From: Chrysomallon squamiferum
Lineage: Eukaryota > Animalia > Mollusca
Assembly (NCBI GenBank): GCA_012295275.1
Contig: CM022668.1
Location: 11,284,001-11,348,000 of the forward strand
Direction of reading: 5' to 3'
Length of the DNA stretch: 64,000 bases
A program made the translations under genes and the position numbers. The notes beneath the pieces are model-generated. The model was not told the DNA's origin and made no database searches. It saw only the letters and a program-made list of their open reading frames with translations. Shown here piece after piece: positions 1-64,000 of this stretch. How positions within the stretch are numbered: the stretch's first letter is position 1; each line of letters opens with the position of its first letter.

Positions 1-580
1 TGATAGTAGAAGTCGTAATTTTAAAACACAGAGATGGCTGTCTTTCTTCAAAATTATCTTGTTTCAACATATATTGCCAAACTAACTTCTATGAGAATAA
101 TATATCTGGAAACTAATTTATATGAAACATGTTGTAAGTTCACCAAACTGATTGTTAACTTTGAAGAAATACATATGCTCTTTGATTTCAAAGATAATGA
201 CAGCATGAAATAAATGCTAGTAAATAAACAAACAAATAACCAAATAAATAAAATAGAAATTCATTTTGAAATAATTCTGTTAACAAATAAATTCAATAAA
301 AAAAAAATGTTCAGTTTAACTGCTACAAGAGGTATTAATTAATCTAAATCAAATCCAGGCCCAGTATTTTAATCTATCTAAATTTCGTTATAAATATTAT
401 ATGCATTACATTAAAATATTTCGTGCAGTACATTCATATTTAAATCCGACTAAAAATATTGTATGTATTATATTAACATACTTAAATTTCAGTATTAACA
501 TTTCATAAATTACATTAACATCTAAATTAGGCTACAGATATTTTATTATTACATTGACACACATGCATTTCAGTACAAAC

Positions 581-14052
<13,472 letters not shown>

Positions 14053-14166
14053 GTTTTCTGTTCTGAAACAACAAAATCTTTTGTAAAACCTCCTTTCTTT
14101 ATCTCTCACTACAGAGTTATGTCAAGTAACAACAAATCATAAAACACACATCGTTCAGCGGGATAC

Positions 14167-14175
14167 TTATAAATA
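14167..14175 (-). promoter_or_regulatory. Candidate TATA box of gene A (also at 13144-13151 and 42706-42713)
   Basis: TATTTATAA about 120-135 nt upstream of each of the three ATG copies, conserved in all; TSS unproven, and an acceptor-like ttgtttcag 10 nt before the ATG could mean an upstream non-coding exon instead. Confidence 0.4.
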
Positions 14176-14649
14176 CGTTAGCTGCGAGTGTGTCCTGTAT
14201 ATTTATTCGCTTGATTGTTTCAAATATGTCAAGCTGTAATCATAAACATAAATTAATGTTATCAAACAAGTAAAGCAGGAAGATGTTTTTATCTTTATGC
14301 AGGAGCGGGTCCTCGATATTAACTGGGTAGTGCCTGCATGTCTCTGCATCAGTCCATATATGTATGTCTGTTTGTCTGACTGTCTATATCAACATACGAA
14401 CACATGCATGTCAATCAACAGAAAAACATTTGAACACATGTGAACAGTGTATACGTATATAGAAAGATATGCACACCTACATAAAGGTATTTAGAATGTT
14501 TTCACCATGTTTGTTCCATAAGTGGACTTTGCTCTTGACTGACAGTCTACGTTCCGCAGATAAGAACTAAATAAAAAAAATGATAAATTAAGGACATCGG
14601 GATTAATAAATGTTGACCTAAAGTAAACTAAGATATTGTGAATATCTCT

Positions 14650-14850
14650 ATAGCGACTGATATGCAAATATTCTCTGTCTCCAGTACGTCTGAATAGACT
14701 CTGCACTTAGACAATATTCTTGAACGCACTGGTGCAGGAGGACAAAGTCCAATCGCGACCTGACAAACCCGTCAGATGCCGCTGACGAGACTTGAACGTA
14801 TGACATCTGTTGGCCCGCACGCCGAACGTTGACGAAGTTACCGTTCGGTA
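14650..14850 (+). mobile_element. Possible degenerate LINE (RTE/L2-like) fragment
   Basis: GC-richer insert absent from the paralogous gene B upstream region; reads DNILERTG...QTRQM...ERMT, reminiscent of post-RT LINE motifs. Confidence 0.3.
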
Positions 14851-15203
14851 ATGAAGACAAAAACCTTCATCTACCCCTACAAGTCCTTGAACATCTCTCT
14901 ATTTCTGTTATCGCTCACATAGGATAATGATTTATAAAGCGACCTTTGTTTTACTGAGTGTGATAAGAAATTAGTTTCACGAGTGGTTATACTGTGGAAT
15001 GTTGTGTATCTACACAGACATAAAGAAGAGGAGACGTCACATTCAACAAAAAAAGTTTAAAATAATTCTTTCTTTTCTTCTTCTTTATTTTAAACTTTCA
15101 GTACGTATAATATAAATTTCAGTTTTATTTTTTTCATAGATTGTAAGGACTTTTAAACTATATCACGTGCAGACATAATACCATCAGTATGCAAATATAC
15201 ACG

Positions 15204-15332
<129 letters not shown>

Positions 15333-16114
15333 AATGAAAAATAATGAAAACAAATATCATTTAATATTTAGCTGGATGTTGCTATATCGAAAGTTAAACA
15401 TTTATAACAAAAGACTGAAGAAGAATAGTTCAGTCAAATAAATACAGTATAATAAAAAGGTAATATTTAAATACACCACAAATAACATTAGAGAAACGTC
15501 AATACACAAACAACATGAGAATAACGCATAATGTAACTACAAAAACAAAAATAAAGGAACATTTAAACACAAAAAACACGAGAATAACGAGAAAAACAGT
15601 TGCACGTACATGTAAGTACGTCCACATGTATATACAACTGTTTGTTCAGAAGAACACAGACTGCTATAAGCAAGTCAGTGATGTTATCTTGTTTGTTTAT
15701 TTATTTATTTATTTTCAAAACTTTTCTTTGCATAAATGCTGAATATCACCGATTCGATTATGCCGTCAGTAAAATACAAAATTATTTGTAAAAATATTTT
15801 AACGAACATTTGTGAATATAATCCAGTCATGACATTAATAAAAAAAAAAAAAAAAAAATGATGTATCCATTATGTTACGAAAAATATTAAATTTATGTGG
15901 ATAAATTAGGAAAATAATCTTTTTAGAACTGTTTCAAGATATTAAATAAATTTCTAAAATTCTGATTCTGAACTTTTAGTTTTGTCAATAGAGAAACAAT
16001 ATTTTTACTTAGCAATGACAATGAAAGTTAAAACTAAAGATGGAACTGTAAGAAAAACTACATTTCAAAAAAGTTATTTTACTTAAATATACTGAAATAT
16101 GTTACTCAAAATTA

Positions 16115-16294
16115 GTTATTAGTGAATGCAGATTTTCTGTGTGAAGGAAGCGCATGCATTCTATTATTACTTTATTATTTTTGTTTTGAAAGTTTGAGCG
16201 CCACTAATAATTTTGGAAATGTTGCAACAGAGGTTTTGGCCCCGCCCATGATATATCCTTCTTTGATAATGATTGTGATGAGAATGATGATGAT

Positions 16295-16347
<53 letters not shown>

Positions 16348-16427
16348 GTAAGAAGAAGAAGAAGAAGAAGAAGAACAACAACAACAACAACAGAAACAAA
16401 AACAGCAATTACAATAACAACAACAAC

Positions 16428-16500
<73 letters not shown>
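16115..16500 (+). repeat. Dispersed ~140-bp repeat followed by (TAA)n(AAG)n; second copy at 29280-29495
   Basis: ttttctgtgtgaa..gagcgc.tgcatt...ttttgaaagtttga.cgcca...gccccg.ccatg.tat shared by both copies, each abutting the same compound microsatellite. Confidence 0.75.
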
Positions 16501-17414
16501 TGTAAGGAGTCAGAAATAGGAACAAAATAATCTGCAAGTCAAATGATTTATTTCATTTTGTTCTTATTTTATTTCTAACAACATTAGTGAAATATAAATA
16601 TAAGTTAAAAACAATTATTGACATTAAGATAATTATTGAAGATAATAACAAATACAACAATAATGATAAGAATACTAAGTGTAATAGATGTACAAGTAAT
16701 ATTAATTGCAATAGTTAGTGTAGTAATAATAGTAATAAGAGTGGTACTAGTAATAACAGAAATAGTATTGTAATAGTTGTAGCAGTAGTAGTAATAATAA
16801 TAATAATAATAGCAGCAGCAATAGTAGTAGCAGTAGTAATAGTAATAGTGAAAGTATAAGTGTCATATATACAGTCTGAACAACAACAGAATTTGTCGAA
16901 ACATATTATATTTTGATTTTATGTAACTGATATGTTATACGATAATACTGATTTATTGGTATATTTATACAGGCTTACAAAAGATCATAATTATATACAT
17001 GATCACACATACGCATACTCATACACTCACCTGTGAACCAAAAGTTATACATACATTCACACTAATAAATATGTTTCATCTGCCTGCCTATCTATATATT
17101 TATTTATTTTATGTTATTCATCCAAATAGACATCCATTACATCGTCATCGAATTGTTAAATAATTTTAAAAGTTTCATCTTGGTATAGATACATTCAAAA
17201 TTCTTAATTTTCGAAATAAACGTCTATGTAGAACAATGTTAAAGTCATAAATATTAAATATCCACTTTAATGTTTGGATGCTGAAGTTAACAACAACAAG
17301 AGTCTGATACGTAAAGATGATTTGTCCCGAACTGAAATCAGATTTTACAACCTGAAAAGTCTTTGTTCGTTTTGACAGTTTTAAAACTGGATGTCTCGTC
17401 TCTTCATTAGCGAT

Positions 17415-42577
<25,163 letters not shown>

Positions 42578-43328
42578 GTTTTCTGTTCTGAAACAACAAA
42601 ATCTGTTAACTTTTATAAAACACCTCCTTTCTTTACCTCTCACTACAGAGAGTTATGTCAAGTAACAACAACAAATCACAAAACACAAGTTCTTCAGCAG
42701 GTTGTTATAAATACACTAACTAGAGATGTGACCTGTAAACGTACTCGGCTGTTTCTTTCAAATGTGTCAAACCGTAATCTTCAGTACAAAGTTAATGTTA
42801 TCAAACAAGTTAACCAGGAAAATGTGTTTATCTTTATGCAGGAGAGGACCCTTTCAATCGCTGCCTATTATTCTACGCACACTTATATGTTAATAAAAAA
42901 TAATAATAATAATAAAAACAAAATCCATACCAACAGATATGAACAGTTTATACGTATACACAAATATACACATATACAGATTTCTATTATAAACGTATAG
43001 AGGCCTTTACCTCTAAGTAAGAACTACCTTCTCCAGATAAGAACTAAATAAATAAAGAAATAAAAAATAAAAAAATATGAGAGATAAATTAGGGACGTCA
43101 GGTTTAATGATATTTTAGCTAATGTAAATTTGTGTGACTGCTTTACTTAGAAACATAACTATTCAATTTTTATATGAAACGACTAATTTATTTTGTCTTT
43201 TTAATTATTTAATCAAATATTCATAATACAAGATATATGTAATTGTTTCTGTACTTCTGCAAGAAATTGTTTTTATCTGTATTTGTATGCCAGCATTTAT
43301 GCATGTATGTATCTATGCACGTACAGCA

Positions 43329-43373
<45 letters not shown>

Positions 43374-43433
43374 TATATACATATATATAAAGGTATATAT
43401 AGATGTATGTATATATGAATGTATATGTATGTG

Positions 43434-43467
<34 letters not shown>

Positions 43468-44456
43468 TGTAGTATTTGTGCGTGCGTATTTTCTTGTGTA
43501 TATCTATAAACATATAAACAAACTATATATTTTTTTTTAAAGTATATATTTTTTACTGTACGGAATTGATTGCCTTTATTTATTCCAAGGAGGGCCCCTC
43601 AAAATTTTATTTCACAACCCTTGTTAGTTTTTCTTGATCTGCCCCTACATGTACTTGTAAATCTTCCTACATCTGTTATCAAGGCGTTTTGACAAGGTGT
43701 TTTGTTTTATAAAACGACCTATATTAAAGTGTAGCGGTTGTGGAGTGACATTGTTGCGTATCTGTGCAAGACAAAAACTAGGAGACTCGATATTCAAGTG
43801 GCGTTCTTCCTTGTAAAGATATTAGAGGCAAATACAGAAACAGGTACTTAAACTGATTAGATAAACTAAAAGAAAGTGGACACACACACACACGCCCATA
43901 CACACACATACAGAGAAAACAGAAAGCAATATATATATATATATATCATATAGAGACATAAATCTGGAGAGTAAAATCTGTGGAGTAACACAAACGTATA
44001 TAAATATATATATATATGTAGATAGAGAATAAATTGAGATTATTAATATAGATGACAAATTAAGACAACCACTAAACGGTATCTTCGAGTTTTACGTATT
44101 TAATTACACGAACAAAATAAATAAGAATGTATTAGCCATTCCATTTAATAAACAATTTATTATTATTCATTGATATTTTAATTTTATATTTATTTAATTT
44201 ATATATATATATCTAGCTAACAATCCATTTATCTATCTGTCTGTCTGTCTGTCTGTCTATAAGTCTGTCCGTTTCTTTGTTTGTTTGTCTAATTTGTTTT
44301 GTGTTTTGATTATGTATTTAGTTACATATGTCTTTGTTTTACATCATGTTTTTAACTGTCGATTATCAATATTAATTTAATGTAGATGTTTATACATGTT
44401 CCAGTGACACTTATTACACTTATGTTCTTATTACTGATCTGACACTGTGTTGCTAG

Positions 44457-44592
44457 GTGACGACTGTACACAAGGGACTAAACTGTAACAACACGTGTCA
44501 CTGTGATATTAATAACTGTGATGACGTCACATGATGTAATGGAGGCCCTAAATCATGCAAAAATGGACGATCAGGAACAAAATGCACAACTG
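44457..44592 (+). pseudogene. Inverted degenerate copy of the first EGF exon
   Basis: tag|GT GAC GAC TGT ACA CAA...NCNNTCHCDINNCDDVT*CNGGPKSCKNGRSGTKCTT|gtaaat, with a deletion and a TGA. Confidence 0.8.
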
Positions 44593-44765
44593 GTAAATCT
44601 ATTGAAACAGACACACACACACACGCACACATTATTACCTGACTTAATATCATTACGTAATTAATTCTTTCTTTACAATATTCAGTATTATTTTAATAAA
44701 TTTCATTGTTTTGTGTTTAATTTACTACCATATTGAAGATTATTCCCTTCCTAATATACAAGGAA

Positions 44766-45150
44766 TCGTCCATTATGACCTTTTGGTGAATAATCAAACA
44801 ATCAACATTGACGTGTATTGCCAGCAACTTCGCCGATTGAACACTGCTTTGTAAAGAAAATGCCTGTCTTTAGTGCACAGGAAAGGAATAATCTTGCACA
44901 ACGAAAATGTAAAAGTAAATCGAGGAATTTGGCAGGGAAAAATGCTTCACTGATCGTATTCTTCTGAACTTGCTCCTTCGGATTATCATTTGTCAAAGAG
45001 TTTTGATGGACTTATACTGAATTAAAATGTTAAAAATTAATTCATTTCTGATTTCCCACCAAAATCTATAGAATTTTAGCAAATGAGCCATCAGTAAACT
45101 CTGCTAAAGATGGAATGATGTTGCAAATAACACTGCAAGATTTGTCTATG
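44766..45150 (+). mobile_element. Mariner (Mos1-like) transposase remnant
   Basis: VHYDLLVNNQTINIDVYCQQLRRLNTAL*RK..LVHRKGIILHNENVK ... LAPSDYHL. Confidence 0.85.
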
Positions 45151-45280
45151 ATTAAATATGCCTATAAACATTTTGTTTTTCATTGTACATGATAAACACG
45201 AAACTAACTCTTGATATAAACTTTATTCTAGTTGCCACGAAACCTAAATGTTTATGTATTGTAAAAGTGTTATTTTTCAG

Positions 45281-45424
45281 AGTGTAATCAAGGTACTTAT
45301 GGAGAAAAGTGTTTAAAGAAATGTGAAGACAGACATTGTCTCAGTTCTGAAAACTGTCATCATCAAAGTGGACTCTGTGTTGGTGGATGTTTGTCAGGGT
45401 GGGAAGGTGAAACGTGCATGCAAA
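45281..45424 (+). CDS. Isolated intact EGF exon type G on the opposite strand
   Basis: ttttcag|AG TGT AAT CAA GGT...CAA A|gtttgt; 6 nt differences from 581-724; host gene unknown. Confidence 0.5.
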
Positions 45425-45618
45425 GTTTGTAATGAAAAATGTCTGTCTGTCTGACTGTCTGTATGTATGTGCGTATGTAATATATTTATATTCATGCAAT
45501 ATTTATAGTCGAATTTATATATGCTAATATACAGCATGAATTGTTTGTACTGAAGTTTTTATTTTTTCTGTTTTTTGGTTGTTGTTTTTTAAAAAAAAAA
45601 TTATAAACGTTAATGATT

Positions 45619-45649
<31 letters not shown>

Positions 45650-47920
45650 TTTGATATGGCAGTGTCTTTGTGATCCAAGAGAATATTTCTTGAAAGTTAA
45701 ACATGAGTCCGTTTTGAATTAAAACTTATTTTCATGAACATTAGATTTTGTTGTTATCACAAAAGTTGGTTTTACAATGTATTTCGCTTTTCTTTTTTTC
45801 TTTTTTTTTTTACAGTTTATCTTGAACGAAAGTTTCGAATCGAAGAAAAAAAAATGCGACGAGAGAGTCTAAAGTAAACCGAGTGAGAACTCATCAAAAC
45901 TCAGAACACGAAGATGAACATTATGAGAACATTGAACAAAGAAACGAGGAAACTCAGTCTGAACCTTGTGGTTACATTAATTTCAGTTCTTCTGATGTCT
46001 TCACGGTTTCTGGTTATGTTAATTCACATATTATCACGTGATCAGTTGGAGAAAAACACTCCTAGAAGTGACTACGTTAATAGTAGTCAAAATATTCAAA
46101 TGCACAAGTACGAAAAACTCAAGTGGAACGAGAATTCACGCAATACGTATGAAACTGTAACTATAATATGATTTTAAGTATTAATGCAAGTTTATATACA
46201 TTTTAAAATGTTTGACAGTGAAATCCAGCTGGATTTGTATATAAAAGTTACGTTATTCTGGTGTTTTGCATTTAAATGTTACTTTTCTTCTTTGTTTATT
46301 TAAATATTATCACGTTGTATTTAAATGTCAGGCGATTCTTATACTAAGCCTATTTAAATAACATGTTATCATGTTGTGTATATAAATATTAGGCTAACAT
46401 CTTTTTCTTTGTATGCTTCATCATTGTATTAGATAATTGGCTAATAACAGTTTAAAACGTATGCCTGTTGTTCATCTTATTAACGCATGAGTTAAATTTA
46501 CGTTAAATTAAACAATTTGGAATGGACCTAATATTTGGTCAAGCTTACTGTTTTTACCTCTCGTGATTTTGTTACTTAATTCACTAATAAATTAAAGTCT
46601 ACTTTTTGGTAGCACTATTCTGTTCAAAAACGTAAATATTGTACAACAAAGAAAAACAAAATCTACGAAAACAAGTCTAATAAAAAAATGCATTTAATTA
46701 CTTGATATTCATTTTGGATTGGTTATAAAAAACAATTCAGAGTACAATACTTCAGTTGATAATATTCATTTTTTTTTTTTTATATATTTTATTGTAAACA
46801 AGCATTTTTTTCGTGTTGTTTACGAGAATATTTACAGTAACAATACCTAGCTGTTCTTTACTCCATTTGATTGGGAAAATCGGAATATATAAAATAATAC
46901 AGGCACAAAAACAACACCCATCTGTCTGTCTGTCTGTCTTATCTATCAATAATTATGTTATTTTGTATATCGCTCTGTGATTACAAATGTAATTGCTTTA
47001 CATTTTTAATTATTTTATTTACTTTTTTTCATTGAATACGTATATAGTTAGCTAGGTAGTCAGATACACAGGGAAACTAAAAGACAGACAGAAGTCAATT
47101 GAATGCATTAAGAGAGAAATAAAAAATTAAGTTCGTCTCTATTTCGTACTAATTTTCTACGCCCGGCTTCTCAATAATTATACATGCCAGATTTTCGCAA
47201 TTTTTTTTTTTTTTTTCTTTTCTGTCTTTTTTTTTTTTTTAATTAATTAATTAATTTATTTATTTATTTATTATTATTTTGTGTATGTGTATATATCAAT
47301 AACAATAATATTCGGATTTTCCCCTTGAAAATATTTTATGTTTATGTGTATTTTGATACAATGTTGTGTATGGCAACATACTGATATGCACACATGTATG
47401 TGGTTACCAGTTTGTTGTAAACATCAGTGTGGTCTACATCAGGAGTAATTATTTACAGCATTTCTGACATTAATTTTACTTCGATCAAACGACCTGATAT
47501 CAAGTTATGTACATTTATTATAATACTGTTAAGATTTAACACAGATAACACAATGATATGAAGTGCGTAACAAACTTTCATCAGCGGTGGACAAACGAGC
47601 CCATATTCCTACTAAGTCATATTCAATGATTTATTTTAAAATTGCTTTTAAAATGCCATTAACTTTGTCCTAATTGTTCCGTGTCTGAACAGTTAAGAAA
47701 ACCAACCAACCAACCAACCAAATAAATAAATAAGTAAATAAATAAATACAAATTGTAGTAAAAAATAAATAAATAAATAAATAATTATGATTTCGTGTCT
47801 TTGACAATGATAGTTTTCTGTAGAGTAATTATACTAATACATATGCACTTACTTACAAATGAATACAAATTATTTATCGTTTATTCCAATTAAATAATAA
47901 TAATAATAATAATAAAATAA

Positions 47921-47952
<32 letters not shown>

Positions 47953-48165
47953 TAAATAAAATATATAAAGATAAATAAATGAAAAAGATAATGAAAACAT
48001 AAAAAATAAATAAATCACTGAACATGATACTGTTAATAATATATATATACATATATTGACAGAAAAACAGACATATACGGATATCTAAGGGTTCGCTTAA
48101 TTTATAGCATTAACTCGAGGTCGCAGAGCAGTTTCATGATAAAGTGATTATTATTTTCGCACGTG

Positions 48166-60132
<11,967 letters not shown>

Positions 60133-60193
60133 CTGTTGATAACAAAGTCTCAAGTTAAAACAATACTGATTTGCCTGTTCGTTCTATGTACTG

Positions 60194-60302
<109 letters not shown>

Positions 60303-60974
60303 ATATATATATATATAACAAACTGCCTCTTATTAGCACAATACTATGCAGTACTCTTTGTTTTAGTAAACATTAGAATATTTAAATGGGGTTGCTGACA
60401 GTGTTGTATATAATTATGTAATTATAAAAACTGGGTTCACCTGTCTTTGCGTTCATTTAAAAGTGTGAGATACGCCATCATTTAGCAGCCTAAGTGGATA
60501 CTTTCTGTCACAACAAAAATATAATTTAATTATCATCACATACCTTTATTAGTGATAAATATCACAACCATTCTCGCAGCATACGTCCCGTTCTTGTGAT
60601 CACCTAGAAAGAATCTGTTTCGTTTGTTGCAGTTTTATATGCATAGGCACGTCTGATACTCTGTTTGAATGAAATATTTCTTGGCAAATCTGATTTTAAA
60701 TTTTGCTTCTAGATTCTTAATTCAGTCCATAAATTGGGACGAATTAAGATCTTGTCTGTAATTAGTGTTATACATAAATCTAATGAAAAACAGCAAAAAC
60801 AAAATAGAAAAATAGAAAAAAAAAAAAAACACATAATGTAATCACAACTGTTTATCAAATTTTGGTGCTGACAGAACAATAAAATATTAACTCTGAATGT
60901 TTTTTATTTATTTATTTATTTATTTTTTATTTATTTTTATTTATTTTTATTTTTATTTTTTTTTTTTTTTTTTT

Positions 60975-61005
<31 letters not shown>

Positions 61006-61435
61006 TTAACCGCTGGTTCAAATCTTGAGATTCTTAGTTGTTAGAGAGAATAGGCTAAAAGCGTAATAAGCAGCACGGTCAATTCTTCTCAGAGGACCTA
61101 ATGAATGAATTTTCAATACACAGCTAAAGAATTTAATCATAATGCCATCAATACATTTTTGAAATCACAAGTATGTATTTAACACCAATTAATCATTAAC
61201 AATAAAATCTACTGAACTGTTATCAACTTTACGAAATACACAGACATTATATAAATAACTTTATTGACATAATGCCTGCTGTGGTTTACGGTTTTCTAAC
61301 TATTTTTAGACCGACATGTTTATTTTATGGATAGGTAACATTTGCTTCTTAGATATTCAGTAGAATGATTGGATTGTGGGATGTACATTTTAGAATTATG
61401 AATTACAGCGTATAACACTAGTATATTTTGCAGTA

Positions 61436-62144
61436 CAGTATTCCCTCGCTATTCGCGGGGGTTACGTACTTTACCCCCCCCCCCGCGAATAGCGAAAAAC
61501 CGCGAATATTGGATGCAGTTTTAAAACGTCTATTATGAGATTATATACGGTACTAAATGCTTCCCAAACACTTTCTAAAGACACTCTTACTCATTAATAC
61601 AGTAATAATGTAGTAATATTGCATGCAGTTATGTATTTCACTAATGTAGTAATGATAATGTAAACACATTTTAATTTTGTACTGAAACAATATTTTAATC
61701 AGAAAGAAACGTAAGTACAGGAGGAGAGTAACACCGCATAGCAAAGTTACCCATACAGTATTACTGCACCGTTTTTTATATGCATTTAACATATTATTAG
61801 AATTGACAGAAAGTGGAACAAATTTAAAGGCAAACAGACAGATAAATACAGTACGCACAGTTCAGGTAATAATAATACAATTCAGTAATAATATGCAGTC
61901 AGCCAATAGCAGCCCAGGCATTGTTCGATGAAGACGTCAATCGATAAAAACTGCACGAGAGAGTAAATACAGACATACCCTCGAAAAGTCTCTATGACCT
62001 ACAAAAACCCGGTTTACCGAGCATTTGTTTTTATGACGTTATGACACTAGCCTGGTATACCAGCATACGATATAGGGTTAAGAGCCTAACCCGCGAATAT
62101 GCGGGGCCGCGAATGTGGAACCGCGAATAGGTGAGGGTATACTG
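61436..62144. mobile_element. Tigger/pogo-type MITE
   Basis: TA|CAGTATTCCCTCGCTATTCGCGG ... CCGCGAATAGGTGAGGGTATACTG|TA inverted termini, with subterminal CCGCGAATA repeats. Confidence 0.92.
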
Positions 62145-62469
62145 TATTTGCCAATAATTGATATCTCCAGACCCAACAAACTAGCAGAGCCCTTTTTCAT
62201 TTATTATAACCAAAATTATATTCTTTTATTTTGATGGGAAACTTCATTTTAATTAAAAAGAATGTATATATAAATATATATGTGTGTGTGTGTGTGTGTG
62301 TTAATACAGTTTCAATATATCTACTTAAGTTTATAAGTGCTTTACTTCTCATTCTGAAATAAGTAACATTCATTACTGTAAGAATATAAAAAAAAAAAAA
62401 AATTTTTTTTTTTTTTTTTTTTTAATAAATGAAATAAAGTAAGGTTTAGTTAAGTATGTAGTAACCACA

Positions 62470-63095
62470 TGATTGTTGTATGCACTCTGTAATTAGTATG
62501 AGAAAACCATCTTCGCAGCCACCAACACATTCTCTCTTCACATGATCGTACGTAGAGGATCGTTTTAAACAGTGTTTTTTATTACATTGCCTAGAGCCGG
62601 CTTTTCCATACGTCGTGTTAGATCATGCTGTGGTTATTATTTAAAGATAAATATAAATAAAAATATACAATGCAAAAAAAAAAAAAAATGAATACAAAAA
62701 GCAGCTAAAAAAGAAAAATATGATTAGATGTTTGGTATCATTTCTTATTCTTTTCCAGTGATAAAGAAACATTTGTCACAATGACAATTTTGTATTTGCT
62801 AAATGAACATTAAAACTATTTTCCAAAATAGATAGAAATCAAGTACAATCTAAAATAAAACAAAACAAAATAAAAACAAAAAGAAGCAGATACAGAAAAT
62901 ATGATTAGTTGTTTTGTGTTACTTCGTATTCCTTTCTAATCATAAAGAAGCATTTCTTCTAACATTTCAAAGATGCCTTGAATCATTCTGTTTAATACCC
63001 GAATTAAACATATTCTATGGTTCACAAACATTCCATGGTAAGATGCCATGTACAGTCAATTTTTTAATAACCATCCGTGCATCCACCAATGCAAA
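62470..63095 (-). pseudogene. Degenerate EGF exons upstream of gene C
   Basis: 62470-62627 reads *SNTTYGKAGSRQCNKKHCLKRSSTYDHVKRECVGGCEDGF (Cys to stop/G/Y); ~63045-63095 reads CIGGCTDGY*KIDCT. Confidence 0.7.
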
Positions 63096-63208
63096 TAATA
63101 TAAAAATATTTTCTAAATTACACGACATCAAGGTTCTCTCTTTTACTATGATTTCGTTAAATAATGATGTTGAACTATTAGTTCTCTATAAGAATTATAA
63201 AAAAAAAA

Positions 63209-63290
<82 letters not shown>

Positions 63291-64000
63291 AATGCCGATG
63301 AATTAACGCATCGGTCCAAAAAAAAAAAAAAAAAAAAAATACGTATGTATGTCTCTGTTAAGTAGAGTGGGTGCTCAAATCTTCAGTTCTACTGGGGTTT
63401 TTTAAAAGACGAAATATTCCTCTTTCCGTTGTAATTTTGGAAAGAGGTCTCTTGTCAAGGTTATCTACCTCGTTCGTATTGTAACACTTTTTACAGCGGA
63501 CAGACAAAATGATGCTAAGGTATTAAAATTCTGCTTTGATAAAAGTTTTTTTTTATAAAAGCAAACTAACAGGGAAATCACAATGAACGTAAAACGTAGT
63601 CTAAGAATGATGCTCGTGCAACACGTTCGGAGAAATGTAACAAGATTGCCGTTACCCCCAAGGCCTTTCCGACTCAGATTAAATTTTTTAAGATAATATT
63701 TGTGCAATAAACACAAAGATAGGACTTAAAATTTTCTATTCGTGCTGTTTGTATTCGAACCTCAAATAGAGAATTAATCAACAGTTCAAAAGTCAGTATA
63801 AATAGATCAAAACAGTATGGTGGATCAACCACAAAGGCGCTTTTGATAACCTATAATTAGAATTCGTAAGTCTGTCATTGGAAAATGCATGAGGACAAAC
63901 CATTGAGCACAGTCTTTAGATTTTTCAGATAAATTAATTAGCCGCCTAGTAAGGGCGAGTTTAATGTGAAATAGAAAAAAACAAAGTCACACCTTGTCAA

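Noticed and set aside
14660-15197. Two ATGCAAAT octamer motifs upstream of gene A
   Set aside because: Expected by chance in AT-rich DNA and not seen in the paralogous gene B region
47314-47324. kappaB-like site GGGGAAAATCC (- strand)
   Set aside because: Single imperfect match 4.7 kb from the gene B ATG; no clustering or conservation

Overview
AT-rich, microsatellite-dense eukaryotic genomic DNA; it looks molluscan or cephalopod, but that is inference. Most of the supplied ORF track is microsatellite noise. Manual GT-AG exon reconstruction gives three tandem minus-strand genes that share 8-Cys MEGF10/11-like EGF repeats, one per phase 1-1 exon of mostly 141-147 nt. Gene A (ATG 14052, runs off the left edge) is signal peptide - EGF - F-type lectin (FTP) domain - EGF array. 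Gene B (42577 to 17415) is a complete paralogue: signal peptide - disrupted EGF/FTP exons - 13 EGF exons - TM - Tyr-motif juxtamembrane region - active-site-intact PTP D1 - dead PTP D2. Gene C (>=60132 to 48166, 5' end not found) has 9 diverged EGF exons, a TM segment and a His-rich, basic, Tyr-free cytoplasmic tail. An inverted family fragment lies at 44.4-45.4 kb. There are also Tigger/pogo and mariner remnants, minisatellites and many exon-scale tandem duplications. The best candidate system is a modular, exon-shuffling lectin-EGF receptor cluster with phosphatase-bearing and phosphatase-less members. Some frameshifts may be assembly errors.
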